From NCBI GenBank assembly GCA_973895155.1, contig OZ316897.1, positions 11,431,832 through 11,495,831 on the forward strand: a stretch of 64,000 bases of DNA, written 5' to 3'. The notes below the pieces were generated by a model. It was given only the letters and a program-made list of their open reading frames with translations. It was not told where the DNA came from and ran no database searches. This DNA is from Marsupella aquatica. Its lineage: Eukaryota > Plantae > Marchantiophyta. The translations under genes were made by a program, and so were the position numbers. Of this stretch, positions 22,654-36,300 are shown one piece after another. Positions within the stretch are counted from its first letter, which is position 1, and each line of letters begins with the position of its first letter.

Positions 22654-24549
22654 AGATCCAGCCATTCACGGTGGCGACTGTAGGACATCTTCGATTGAAA
22701 ACTGGAGCTTGTAGCGTAAGAAGATTAAAAACACGAACCACGTCTTCTAGGTTCACTCAAGGTATGTTGGTCAGATGTTGATTCTCTATAAAATGGTTCT
22801 CGACGGGCGATTGTAACGTGACGAGAGAATCTTTCGGTACAATTCTGGCGGAGGTAGAGAGTGGGACTCGATCAGACAGTTTCGACGGGAGAATTTGGAG
22901 ACTTGAGCAGCCGTCAGGTGGTTTCCAAGTTTTCAAGAACATACAATTGTGTGAGTAGGAATTCGAATCGTTGAGGTTTGGCTTGCAGAAACGGCATTTG
23001 ATTACTGTTCCAACTAAAAAAAAAGGGGCACACTGTCAGATTTTCCGGACACCTACAGTCCGACGGGAACATGTGGTGATCACTACAGTAGCTCTTCGCA
23101 CTGCATAAGAATGGCTGCAGCTGACGTCGACGAACACTCAATTCCGTTCTCATTCTCTGCAAAGGTGAAGGCAAATGGCTATTGGTAGTTGGAGGATACC
23201 TCGATGCGGTCGATCCTTCGAATTAGTGCCAAACTACGGCTGCGTCATCCAACATGCCACAGCGGAAACAACCGCAGCTTTATGAATTGATGTCATTACA
23301 GGTTACTCCAACAGTGATCCTACGTAGGTGTCAAGGCCCTGTTGTTGATCCTTAGCTAGGTACTGAGGATGATTATGGTGCCAACCCAAATGCATCGCTA
23401 GCCTGTTCGACATGTTAGACTGTGCATATCAGAGGGATTCCTTGTAGGAAATTACGCTACTCACTTGCAGACCAGGGTACAAAGGTTATGATAATCTTGA
23501 ATGAAACGTATCGTAAGCATGAGAAATGAACTCTTTCGTCCAAGGATTGACAGGTACTGACCCCAGAAAATTAAACGAAAGAATCGCCCTTTGGTTCAAC
23601 GGGCTGCAATCACCAGCTCATCACCTGAATCATTCCCGACCAGCCACTAATCGTGGTTGGTGTCTAACAAGCCCTGGTGAACAAAAACTGCGCCACTCCG
23701 TTAATGTAACTAAAGCACTCCAGGACATGAGCTCCTGAGGAAAAACTTATTAGTGAATAGGAAGTGACAGAAAAGTGTCTGTTGGCAAACATCTAAGAAA
23801 CAAACAGTCCACGAGAATGATCTAAAAAACAACCCTACCCGACCAGCTCACAACGTATGGCAGAGACAAGAGATTCTTTTATGGAGAGGTTCTGTGCCAA
23901 GCCGGCACATCCTTTCAAATGACTTCGCACATTCGGCAAGACGAGGAGGCCTTACGCTTCCAAGATATTTTTTTCCAGTCAGTGTATGTTTTAATCGAGA
24001 GAACTCTTGCCAGAGCAGTTTATCATCAAAAAGTCCACTGCTATGATCTCAGTGACAAATCGGTAACACCTGGACGTATGTCTTATCCTTTAGGCCAGAT
24101 GCCACAATGACAAGTGAAGCGCAGCCCGGTCATCATCCAAATAGGACTGAGACAATGATATCTGGCTGTACAGGAGTAGGGTAAACGGCCCTCTGATTCT
24201 TTTACGACGAAAAAAATATTAAAAGGTATCTCAAACATAGAAATCAACAAGATCTACAAGCTCTTCCGGTTCACGTTTCTAAAGGCCTGTTTGTCGTAAG
24301 GGACAGTAAAGAATTCACTTTTAAAACAGATGCTGTGCAAAAAGAACTCACCTGAATTTAAACAGAGCCAGCAAGGAAGCTATTTACAAGCTCTGAGGCT
24401 ATGACAAAGTGCACTATGGAGTGTGCAAAATAGCTTGATTCTTATTATGGACATCAGAGTGGAAGATTAGAGGGACCCTCTTCAAAATTCCACGCAAGAG
24501 CACTTCTGAGGAATTGCTGGGCGCCGTAGTGCACAATTAGTAACTCTAC

Positions 24550-27500
24550 CTAAGATTCAAGAATTTCTTTAAGAACTGCACTTAGGTCCTGCGCAGCCTT
24601 CGAGACCTCCCCGCCTCGTCTGCAAACATACGAATCAATGAGTTCGAATGGAGCCATTTCGAGCTGACCAGGCAATGTGAGAAGGCAACCGGGAAACGCA
24701 AACAAAAACCATCCCTCTACTTCCAACACACGAGCCTGCAGACTTGGAAAGCCAACCATTAGCATTCCTCTACTTCCAGCACACGTGCCTGCCAAAAAGA
24801 ATGTAAAACTGCGAGCACTTGCAATGAAATGCTGCAACATTTCAGAAACAAGACGTACCGTGTTAGGGGAACCAAACTACGGCTCACTTGTTGCAACTCC
24901 TGATGACAAACTTTGCAGCGCTCCAGCCTAATTAAATGGATGCAAGAATCAGGTTAGGAGGTGTATATCATACATACTATTCCGCGAGCTCACACACGGC
25001 CGAAGCAGATTGGCGGATAAGGGCCGGAAGAAAAGATATGGAGAAGATGTTCATAATCCAACTATGCATTTCCTTGCTCATAAATTATAAAGGGTAGTAA
25101 GGACTGTGATCCAAATGGCTACATGAAGATACTGAAAACAGCAAAATATCTAGTCGTCCAGGAAACTGGACAATTTGCATTAATCAGCCTCTTATCACAT
25201 AAATCCACAATCCAAACAATTCCAACTCTTTCCCTTGAATGCTTGCACGAGCAACGCACATTAGCCAACTAGGTAGAGGAAAGTAATGAGATTGACTCCC
25301 CGTCGTGAACACATAAGGTGACGCAAATGTGTACCTCTGCTCCGCTTGCAGATCAACTCCCAACGAAGGGTTAGCAGATATTGCTGCATGAATGGTCTGA
25401 CCAAACGTTTTCACCAACTTGTGTACTAATGTAATCGCTGTTAAGATATGCCTGCAATATTCCGAATCACGCCATGCATCCCACTCATTCCGTGAAAATT
25501 TGGTGAAAATAATTAAAAGGGTCTGAAGGGAAGCAAAAACAAGCGAAAGATCTTTTCATGTATCCTTACGAAACGAACTCGTAAGATGATTGCCATTCTG
25601 AACAGAAATCTAACCCTAATGCATATAACCACACAAGCCGAAAGCTCCCGGCTCCGCTACAGTACCAGTCAATACCTTTCATTATGACTGCAGAGCAATT
25701 CGTTCAACAGTGGCAAAAGTAATCCAGTGACTTCCAATGATAAAACACTACTTCTTTCCATTACGACGTTCAATACATCCACCAATACCTGTCACAGAAG
25801 GCAGCTAAGTATGAGCGAAGCACAGATTAATTTGACACTTCTGTCTGGGTCAATCTCATTAATCTCTGTAAACCATATGCTGGGCCAACTGTCGTGTCAA
25901 AATCAGCCACGACTTTATTGCCAAGAAAAAGTCGACCGATTGTCCACTCCGGAGCCCTAGCGACGTAAACGTTTACGACTTCCATTTCCAATTACAATGT
26001 GAGAAGTAAGAAAATTTACTAAAAAGAGTAGTTCACAGAACAAGGTAGCGGCAGAGATCGACCTTCCAATCACAACAACGTATATATTATTTTAAAGCAC
26101 AGCTAAATCTCGAAAAGGCCGAAACATTGGGTAAAACCCCGCAGAGTCTCATAAAATATTCAACGTACTAGTCATTTTCTACACTATATAAATAAGGAAT
26201 AAATTAGGAACTTGATACGTACAGAATGATCAGCAAGTTTTGCCATTGCCTCCATTGCACCCTTCACATCATTTTTCATCCAAAATCTTCTCACCACCTA
26301 CATAAAGGGCCGAGGCATTCATTCAAAATATTAGCTCAGTCGATGCATAAACCAAAAATATCAGACCTCACATTTAAAGAGCAGATTTTCCACTAAGCGT
26401 GACTTCCTCGGACGTCCCCGGCTCAAGTAGAGGGATACACGCAAATAATGATTTCCATAGCTTGCTCGATAACATCCACAACATTCAGAGCAGGAAATAA
26501 TTCGAACAAGCAGACAACATAATCTGTGCATATTTTAATACGTCTGCAAGAAGCCGGTACAAGTGGTGCAGTTGAAGTCTACAGAAATCCACCTGCATGT
26601 TGGTCAAACGTGATTGCATGATGCTAGTCATGGTATGGTGCTGCTGCATTAGCTTCTCGATGAGCTCTTCATCCGACACTAACAGAGATCCGCTCGTTTC
26701 CATGCTCATTTGACTGCCCCTCTGCACTTGCAACGGCTTTACCGTGTTAAGTGATTTTGACTTTAATTCAACCACGTCATTAGACACAGGTATCGTAAAA
26801 AAAGCCAAGCAGCAAGAGCACCCTTCAATTAGTCTTCAAGCACATTCCCTCAAGAAAACGCACTGAGTGCTTTGTCAACAAGTAAAATACTGCAGGTGGA
26901 GGCCATACCACCTGAGCAAGATTAGAAATTTGAGCTACTTGTTGGTTTGAAAAGTTTGACAATACCTTAGACCGAAAAACTACAACAATATGAATAGGTT
27001 GAGGGAATCATACCGGAGCGAATGAGCTGAAATCCAACCCTAAAGGTTTCACTCCCCCATTTGTTGTCTGTCTTTGCGTCTGTGCAACATCATGCCTTTC
27101 CTTTCGATCAAATTGAGCAATCAATCCTTGCATTCTATTGGCATCAACTCGACCTTCATGAGACAACAATAACAGAAACTCTTCATAGTTACGACTCAGG
27201 ATCATCAGGTAAACTCGCTTAGTGCAACCGAGATCAAATAAACCTGGCATTTTCATCAATCGTTCGTATTTCTGAAGACAGCAGACCAAGGATGCATCTT
27301 ATCAAAGATTCTCAGTAATGGCCCATTGGAACACGCATTGCAATTGTGTGCGTTTCAAGGCCCTACACTCCAAGAAGTAAATTCACTAAGAACAACTGAT
27401 TTGGCTATATCTCGTTCACATCCAGACAACTAAGTCTCAACAAACTCTACTAGGAAATTGCCAGTAATTGTTCATTTACAGAGCGGCAGGATTCTTTACC

Positions 27501-30500
27501 AACTATAAAACCATCAAAGTTCATGACGTTGGTTTACCTGTTGTAGAAGCCTCAACGGAACTGGCGGGCCTGCTTGTTTGATGCAGTATGACATCACTAG
27601 AAATCGAATGCGACACGCCATATCCCTTATGAAGCGAATCACTTCTGTGGGCTGAATAGGAGCTGCTCCTTTTGAACTTTCTCAAGTCATTGTAAGAAAG
27701 ATCGTCGCCATCGCCTGTGTTTCTATGTGGTGCAGAATTTAGACTAGCGTCATGACTGCCTTTATCACCATTAACATTGCTCCTGTGCGATGAACTGGTG
27801 ACATCTGCATTGGAACTTATATCTATCCTCATTGCATCCGCTCCAGCGTCTCCCCTCAACCCCTCCAAACTTCTCTGATCAGATCTACCGCTTAGCGACA
27901 CTAAACCGCCTGATGACTTCGTCGAACTCGAATCTTCCGACCCTGTAGGTGCGGGTTGAACATGTCTGTCTAAATCAAGAGATGGCATAAAGTTCGAGAT
28001 AGAGAGCACATCCGATCTAGTTGACGACCGAACAACATTTCCTGCATAAACCCTTGTGGAGGTATTTTTCCTTGGGGTTTGGGATGTAAGTGCAGGCGAA
28101 GAAGTAGCGACGTTGCTTTTGCTCGAGACGGGAATGGTAGCTTTTGAAGACAAACTTTGCAAACTGTCTGTAACTGCAACACCAATCTTAGAATTATAAT
28201 CATGCTTTCATTGCTAACCCATCTATGTAAAAAAGCGAGACACAAGACAACTGCATTTCCAGGGTCCAATTGCTCTAATGCAAAGCCAATCAACGTACTT
28301 CATTCGGGTAGTATCTTCAACCTGAGGAACTCTAAATGCTACTTTTCCCTCCCCACTCACATTCAAATTCAAAAGTGAACTGAAAACTTTGTTTGATGCA
28401 AGTAAACTCGATCTCCTTTGATGGACGACAACTTATCAAATTGGTCAGGAGCAAGCAGATAACCTATCTTATGCGTACAAACCTTGTCAACAGAGAGGAT
28501 GTTTATCAAAACAAGGAGTTTCTTGCAAACATTGTCTGTCCCTCAGAAGCAGCGAAACTAACCCTTAGCAGTGGCCAGACTCATCTCTCTCATTGAAGAA
28601 GATACAGATGTTTCCAAGACATCTGGAACGCCACCCTTCATGCCATTATTTTTTGGTGTCGAATGCTGATTAACTTGATGACCATTGGTATTCACCTTCC
28701 CGGGGACCACAGTAGCAGCTCGCGAAGCATGGCCGGCTTGGAATGGTGAAACACGCTGCTGACAAACAGAAGAGGATCGAGTCAACATGGAGAGTATCAC
28801 GGTTTTCTCAGAATCCAAATGAGAAGCTCTAGGACGTCACCTTTGCATTCCTTAAGACTTGAATGGCATTTCTTTGGTCTATTAATAGTCAATCGGTTAC
28901 CTTACCATCAGATCAACGACCCAGACTCCAACGCAGCTTTGTTGAAAAGAGCAGCCGATAAGTTTCCCTTCATGTACACTTAAGTCGGCAAGCTTGGACC
29001 AGCCAACGTCAACCACATCGTGACATCTGATTGGTTCCCAGGACAAAACCTGGAACCCACGGAGAAACAACTTCAATGCCACATGCCTGGTTCCCAGATC
29101 ACTGACCCAAGAAGCCGTATAGAATTTATAAAACAATATGAACGAGACCAAATGTGCTATACGGGGTGGATCCAATGCTCCAAAATCAGATCTCTACGTA
29201 GGAAACTGATATTTTCAAAAGATTCACTCGTCGTATTAAACTCGAACTCAGAAGAAATCAATTCCAGAAGCATCCGTCAATCTGTCAAATTCTCACAAGA
29301 ATTCCACCCACCTTCAAGCTATCATGCATTGCAGTCAACAAAGTGCGCCCATCTGGGTTGAAAGTCATCGCCCGCACCCCAGTTGCCTGCTGCAAGGAGC
29401 AAAGACGACGATGATAATGAAAATCAGCGTTGACAATACGGATCTCAGACTCTAGGACAAGAATAGAGATAGCCTTGAGGGACTATTAACTCTTAAGGAA
29501 GTTCTTTCCAACGGGACCAGAGGCATATGTAGCCCTAAGCTGAGAACCGTTGAACAGACGAGTGCTACCGGACAGGTTCAGATATTCTTTACTGCCGTAA
29601 ATTGGGATGCGTCTAGTACCTCTGGTCCGGCAGATCCAATTAGTTCAAAAGTCTCGAGGTCCCAAAATTTGACAGTCCTGTCAGCAGAGCCTGAGAAATC
29701 CACCAAAAAATTGCGAAGAATCATTTACCCGGTGGTGATACATTAGCATAATTGCGATTTCGTAACCCAGACAGCAATCGCATGATGGAACTGACGCACA
29801 TGTCCGGCCATAATTCACACCTACACCGTTCGAACGAATACAGCTTGTGACTCACTGTTTTAAACAGTATGCCATAAGTACACCCGTCAGCAGATATTTA
29901 TGATTGCACATAGGCTTCTACCTGTGGCCAGAAGGAATTCGTGTGGATGAAAATCAAGGGACTGAATTTGTCCTTCGTGGAGTTTGAAGTCGTGCATGAG
30001 CTTCCCAGCGGTAAGATCCCATAACTGCAACCAAAAATTATTTTCGATGAAGCGGCCACCTGGTTACTAACACTCCAATCTTGAAGGTAAATCACGCACG
30101 CAGCGACAAGAACTTCGCCGAAACGAACATAAAGTGTTGAATGCACGTCCACAGTGATCTCATTCACCTTTAAGGTGGATGCTCACCACCTCCAGTAAGA
30201 GTGTGCATGACGGGAGACTCACCTTCACGGAATTGTCTTCTCCACCGGAAACCACCCATCGGCCATCGGGACTAAACTTTATTGTATTGATGCCACGGGT
30301 GTGCCCCTTGTAGGTATGGATACAGCCCTTGCGCCTGATGTCCCATATTTTCAGATTCGTATCAAGCGATCCTGATGCAAAAAACTCCCCGAACGGATGG
30401 AAGCTCACCGACACACAATTGGATCTGTGCCCGGTAAGGGTCCGTACGACTGCAATCCATCACCCCACACCACATCATCACTCGTACGCTAAGACAGCAT

Positions 30501-32031
30501 TCGCTTCAAAGGGCTCTCCATAATAGATAGAGCGCCGAAAGAGCAAATCAACGGCAAGCTACTGTGGACTCGGACCACCCCAGTCTCGACGCTACAGCCC
30601 ATGCCCCATTCAAACAGTTTCCACAACATTCACGGCATTATCTGCACAGATATGACGAGACGCTGAAACATGGCACTCTTGCTTTCAACCAATAAAGTGG
30701 AAATTACTTTTTGCCTCCTCCAGGTCCCATAGTTTGATGGTTCCACTGGCAGCACCAGCAACAACGAGGACCTCCGCCGCATCAAATGTCACCGATTCAA
30801 CTGCGCTGGTATGCCCAGCCAAGCTCTGCATCACACACCAAGTCAGTCGATCGGGATGGGAACAAACAGAAAACGATGACCTCAGTCCACACGAAGCAGG
30901 CATCTTCAAAATGGATCTGATGAACGAACCAAATGAAACTAATGTTACAGCAGAGGACAAATTCTGCCGAGGTGATTCTACACGTTTGTCAGTGTTTCCC
31001 GCGCAATAGAGGATACTGAGACACTCAATAACGTGCAGAATTGAAGGAGAAAAAACAGACAGTCGTACAAGCATCCGAGCTGGTATCACACTCAGTGTAC
31101 CCTTGCGACCCTGACGTCGCCCTGGTAGCAAACTGTAGGTAATCTCAACCCTCTGTACATCGACGACGAGCGCGTCTCAATGCAATCTCAAAATCAACAA
31201 TCAAGATTGAGATGTTGAGCCCTAGGATAGGGTTGGGGCATTGCAAGCCGTAATGCATCTCCAATTTGTGGACGGGTACGACGGGAAGGATTGTACATTA
31301 CTTGGAAAAAAATTCAGGTCACGCCTGGGGAGAGTCATGCGATCAAAAAGATCGTTCGGAGCACAAAAGAAAGAGGCTTAGGAGATGTGCAGTGCTCGAG
31401 CAGGATAAGACAGCGTTCGTGGAGGGAGGGATGATAAGAATGTAAATGGAATGGACATACCAGAATGGCGTTCGGTTTCCCGATGGCCCACATGTTGACC
31501 TTCTGATCTTCTCCGCCGGTGACCAGCACCCGCGAAGACTTCTTCCCAATCGTGAGACAGTTGACATTGGAAGAGTGTGCAACAAACTCCTCTGCATAGT
31601 ACCTGGTTAAGGAGTGCAAAGAATTGCGATCTTTCTACGAATCTTCCGGAAAACAAGAGACGTTAATAGAGACAGAAACATATGTAGACCACGGTACCCT
31701 CAAAATGCCTTCATTTCGCCCTGCACAGCGTCAGATGCCCGAAGCAGATTCCAAAGTTCACCGCAAAAGCACAAATCCACCAATAGAACTCAACCATAAT
31801 CTAAGTTATTTACAGCATGCATTGCAAAAAAGGAATATGACCATCGACAGCGAGTTTCTGACAGCGAGGGGCATCTGCGAAAAACTCGCCCCGTTCTAGA
31901 AACTGCAAATTCGCCACTGCATTGTGGAACGTCGTACGTCAGGCTCTCATTCAAACGGCTAAATAAGTGAATAGGAGACCACATTGACATCAGAGGGGCA
32001 GGATACGAAGTTTGTAGGCACGCTTCGTCAT
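24550..32031 (-). CDS. KTN80: Katanin p80 WD40 repeat-containing subunit B1 homologue (multi-exon)
   Basis: Exon 1 MTKRAYKL (32031-32007), then [78 protein letters not shown] and [12 protein letters not shown]-terminal con80-like exons include [27 protein letters not shown] and [16 protein letters not shown]. Internal boundaries were only partly traced. Confidence 0.95.
31592..32006 (-). other. U12-type (minor) GT-AG intron, first coding intron of katanin p80
   Basis: Donor GTATCCTG, branch point TCCTTAAC ~13 nt from CAG acceptor; splicing gives in-frame YKL-Q-EFVAH. Confidence 0.88.
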
Positions 32032-32901
32032 GCCTGGCCACAGTGTGGCGGTAGGGGGAGATCCGGGGGTTGCTGGTCGTGAGCCGCTGTTGCATTAGAC
32101 CACACTACTGAAGATGATAACAAGTGCGCATTGATAGACCTATGGTCACCGCGTCCAATTTTTCCGCAATGCAGCAGATAAGGCGACCCTTCGACAGCCA
32201 ATTCCGAAAGAAGCAGAGTTTGCTGCGAAACAGAGTACTCGCAGGACAAAAGACCTAGCTCGGCGGGGCAGCATTGTTGCACGTGCTGCTGCAGCAGCTC
32301 CTACTTCCGAGACCGAGAGCGCTACCCTTCCGGCATTCTCAAGCGAGAAACAAGTATATGAGCGACACAGGGAGAGTGAGGTGGCAGCCGCCAGATTCTC
32401 GTAGCCTCTGCCTTCCTTTCGGCCGGTCCACAATACTCAGGATCCGCACTAAAGTAGTGTACACACTAGTGAACACTCGATTCTCGGTCTCTCGTTTCTC
32501 TCGTTTCTCTCGCTCCTCTCGGGTGTCGCTCACCCCTCCTTTCCTGTCGAAATTTAGCGCCAGAAGCGCTGATTTCACCGGGAGAGCAAACCTACTAGAA
32601 ATCTCCACCCTGCAACACATCGTCCCGGCCAATGTCGCTGCTCTTGCGATCCGATCCACAGTGTTCGCTCGCCTTCATTTTCCACACTCTCTCGAGCAAA
32701 TCGTTTCTGCTCTGCCAATCTCGATGATTGCCTGGTGTTCTCTAGGGTTGGGTGTTCACTAGGTACGACCTTCCTTAGGTCTGCCGCCTCGCCTCGCTTC
32801 GCTTCGACGGACCGCCCCCTCTCCTTTTTGCCTCGGCAATCCCAAATTCAAATTTGTAAATAAAGGATGACGGGATACAGAGGACGGGGGCCGAAGCGCG
32901 G

Positions 32902-33322
32902 CTCTTCCCAGGGGATCGCACGGGATCCCCTCGCGAAATGCCGGTGGGGCCGGCCGACTGTGCTCGGCCCCTTGGGTCTGACTGAAAGCTCTGATGGATG
33001 CATGCAATTGAAAAGAGTAGACCCTAGAAACTCGCATAGCATGTTTCTCAGTTTGGTCCTAGAGATGATACTGTGCCAGTATTTACAGTATAGAGGCCGT
33101 ACTCAGTGAATTTATCATGGTAGTGAGTGACATAGTACACTATATTTATATTGTCGCGTCTTTATGTTCAACTATGGGGACACAATCAAATGAGCTGCTC
33201 CTTCCAGGGGATCCAATTTCAAAATACTGGTGGGGCTGGCAGACTGTGCTCGGCCCCTTGGTTTGAAGGGAAAGCTGTGATGGATGCAATTTAAAGGATA
33301 GACACCCAAAGCTCGCATAGCA
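32902..33322. repeat. Degenerate ~140-bp direct repeat upstream of katanin p80
   Basis: 'ccaggggatc...gactgtgctcggccccttgg...gatggatgca...ctcgcatagca' at ~32902-33041 and ~33197-33322. Confidence 0.8.
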
Positions 33323-36300
33323 CATTTTACAATTATGTCCCTAAGCTGACATTGTACAAGCGTACAAAGCAGGGGAGCCCCTTACAAAATACAGGTGGTG
33401 CCAGCCTTGGGTCCAAGTGCCAAGGGAGGGAGGCCAAAAGCCTGGCTCTTCCCCTATGTATAGGATTAAGGGCTCTACCAGCCCCATAATGGGGAATAAG
33501 GTGGAGAGTATGTGGAGGCCTGCCGGGCCAAAGCAGACTCAAAGGCCCTACCCCATTGTGCACCCCTGGATGGATTTGTGAGAACCACAGTTGTAGCAAG
33601 AGTTGCAGTAGGGTATCTCACATACAAAAGAAAATGGCACCTCACATGGTGCCCTCGAGGCACTCGGGCGCACCGCAACAGGGTACAATCGGGAAAAAAT
33701 ATGAATTGGGTCGCAGCAGACTGTATGCAGGAGTATTCCTTCAAAATCCAGGACCTCTTTCGGTTCAAAGCGTGACTGGTTGGGTCTCACATTGTATACG
33801 CAACCAGTCATGACCGTCGCCCTGACTCACAAACAGTTCTGGGCACGGACAAAGCTTTAACATTGACGTACTTGAGACACCCTAGTGTTGCTGCAGCAAG
33901 TGGACCGAGACTCTGCAACACAATCACAGCTCATAGCCCAGACTTCACATTGAGATGTTGCAGCAACCTTGCATGATAGCATGAACTCACATTTTTCTGA
34001 ATGGTTTAGGCAAGCTGCAAGTCTTGATCTTTGTGAGCTGCAATGAGTCAATTGGTGAGGCATGGGGGTGTAAAAGCTGTGCAACAACAGAGTTTAGAAT
34101 GAAGCAAAGCATGAGGGAACTACTGGGAAATAGCCGAGTCCCATAGATACACAGGGTTGCAGAGACAGTGGGCCCAACAAGTCCCTTTAAAAAGAGGGGG
34201 TCTTCTGAAATCTGAAGGTTGTTGTCCCTGCATGGACCCATCAAGTCTTTGTTGTGATTTTGCCCACTCACCTGTCCCAGCCCTGCACACATCCCAGCAT
34301 AGAAATAACATGAATATCTTGGGAGTTCACCTATCATCCAGAAAAGTGAAGAAGTTGCGTCAAGGTTCCAAGAAGGGTCCCTCCCATACCTACATGCCCA
34401 GGCTGCTCACTCCAGGCCACACAGCATGTGCCTTGGCTCCCTAGTTGCCTTGAAAATCAAGAATGCCCTATCAAGAATGCTCTGTCTCTCTTGCATAAAT
34501 AAGACTTTTCAACCATGATCCATTGTATGAGATTTTATATCTTGAGCTTTTCTGTTGTGCTCTGACTGTTACATGCCACAAATATGGTACCCACATTGTT
34601 ACTTTATGAGAATGAAAACAGAATGAAATGAATCCTTAGTTTTAAATTTATATTAGGAGGTTACCTTCTTGGCCAAATAAGAAGCCTGAATAGACTACAA
34701 TCCCATGTTTGACAGACTAAGAGATTGGGTGGACTGTACTCAAGGTCATAGTGACCACAAATAGTTTTTTGGGTATAAATGTGTGGGTCTCAAAAGGTTA
34801 ATCCAAGTTGCATGGTCAAACCTTATTATCCATCAGATAAGTAATCTCTTCTTGGCCCAATAGTTCACTTGAAAACATACTAGCTTCCTGAGTTTGTAGG
34901 GCAAAATCTCCCAAACTCTACTTCTCCAGAATTTGAGGAATTGCTTACCATGGAAATAAAGCCAAGTTTTCATAGCAGTCTGGTTATAAAAACATATTTT
35001 TTGGAAAGAGTGAAGGGAAGCCAATCCTGAGTACAAGTGCTATACAGAAAAATACGCAAATGAAGGCCTATAAAGATTCAATGATACTTCAATGTTAGGC
35101 GAGAAGGTTGGTTGTAAGCTTGGAGAGATAATGTTGTGTGTGATCAATGCTAGCCAGACTTTAGAATTATTTCAAGCCTGTGCACTCAGCAACTGCACAG
35201 TCAATGTGTTGTTCCCCTCATGTTAAGGTTTGTCTGCCAAGAGCCAATTAAGCAGACGAAAGAAAGGTAAAAAGGTCACCCTCCGCATAGCACTGTGCAA
35301 TTGCACCTGGGACACCACAATGCCCTGGCCACCATTGCCTAGCTCACTCCCCCTCACTCTCCTGCCCTCGCCCTCCCCAACAACATCTGTGTGATTCACA
35401 ACAATAGCATCGACCAAAATGATAACATTTCCATTGGGAACTAGACCACCCAACCACACAATGACACTATTACAACCAACATGACTTCATAGACAACATA
35501 GTCAGAACGACAACACTTCCTTGACTCACTTGCATTTCCTTGCCTCACCCTCCACATTTTTGTGCAACGCATGTGCATTCCCGCACCAATGACAACATGG
35601 CTGCAATGACTGCATGGCCATACACACAATCTACAACGGAGAGGCATTGGGCTAGTATGGTCCCAATTCCTTAGTATATAGGCAAGGATGAAACCAAGAG
35701 GGGTAGAAAATAGAGATGAGAGAAAGGGTGGAGACTACTTCAAGGAGGGAGAATATTCATCCAGTCTTTGTGACCAAGCTCTTGTGGGTCACATACAGTA
35801 GTTGTTGGTAGTGGTTGGAGCCTGACACCTGATGGGACTTTTACTTCAATCTCGGTAGACATCATGGGTGACACATTCCAGCTAAGCTTTGCTTTTGCAC
35901 ACAACTCAAACGTCATTGTTTTCAATGGGGACACTGAGATGTGGATATTCTCAATGTAGGGACCTCACTAGTCACTACAATCATAGCATAATAGAGATGA
36001 TCCATTTCATTTTTGTTCGTCATCATTATATCTTCTGTTGTTGGGGGCTACTTCTAAACACATATGCAGAGTATGTACGGTAGTTTTCAAGGTCAAGGGG
36101 ACCACTTTATTGAAAAGGAACAAACAAAGTACAATGGAGAAAAAACCAAAAAAAAGTCTGAAAAAAGATAAACACCAAATGCAAAGAAAAGAGCAAATGC
36201 AAACATGAAAAACCTAAACATGGAAAGGAGAGCTTGATCCACTACACGAAAAGGGTCAACAAGGCTCAATGATTTTGATTTACCTCCTCAGAAATGGGTC

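Larger units (their letters stand above)
15565..24255. repeat. Old tandem duplication: unit 1 ~15565-19277, unit 2 ~19278-24255
   Basis: 15565-16410 matches 19278-20326, and 17868-19277 matches 22882-24255. The junction falls right after 'aatcaacaagatcta' at ~19277. The middle parts have diverged. Confidence 0.8.

Noticed and set aside
25560-25567. GTATCCTT U12 donor-like match
   Set aside because: It is on the + strand, antisense to katanin, with no matching gene.
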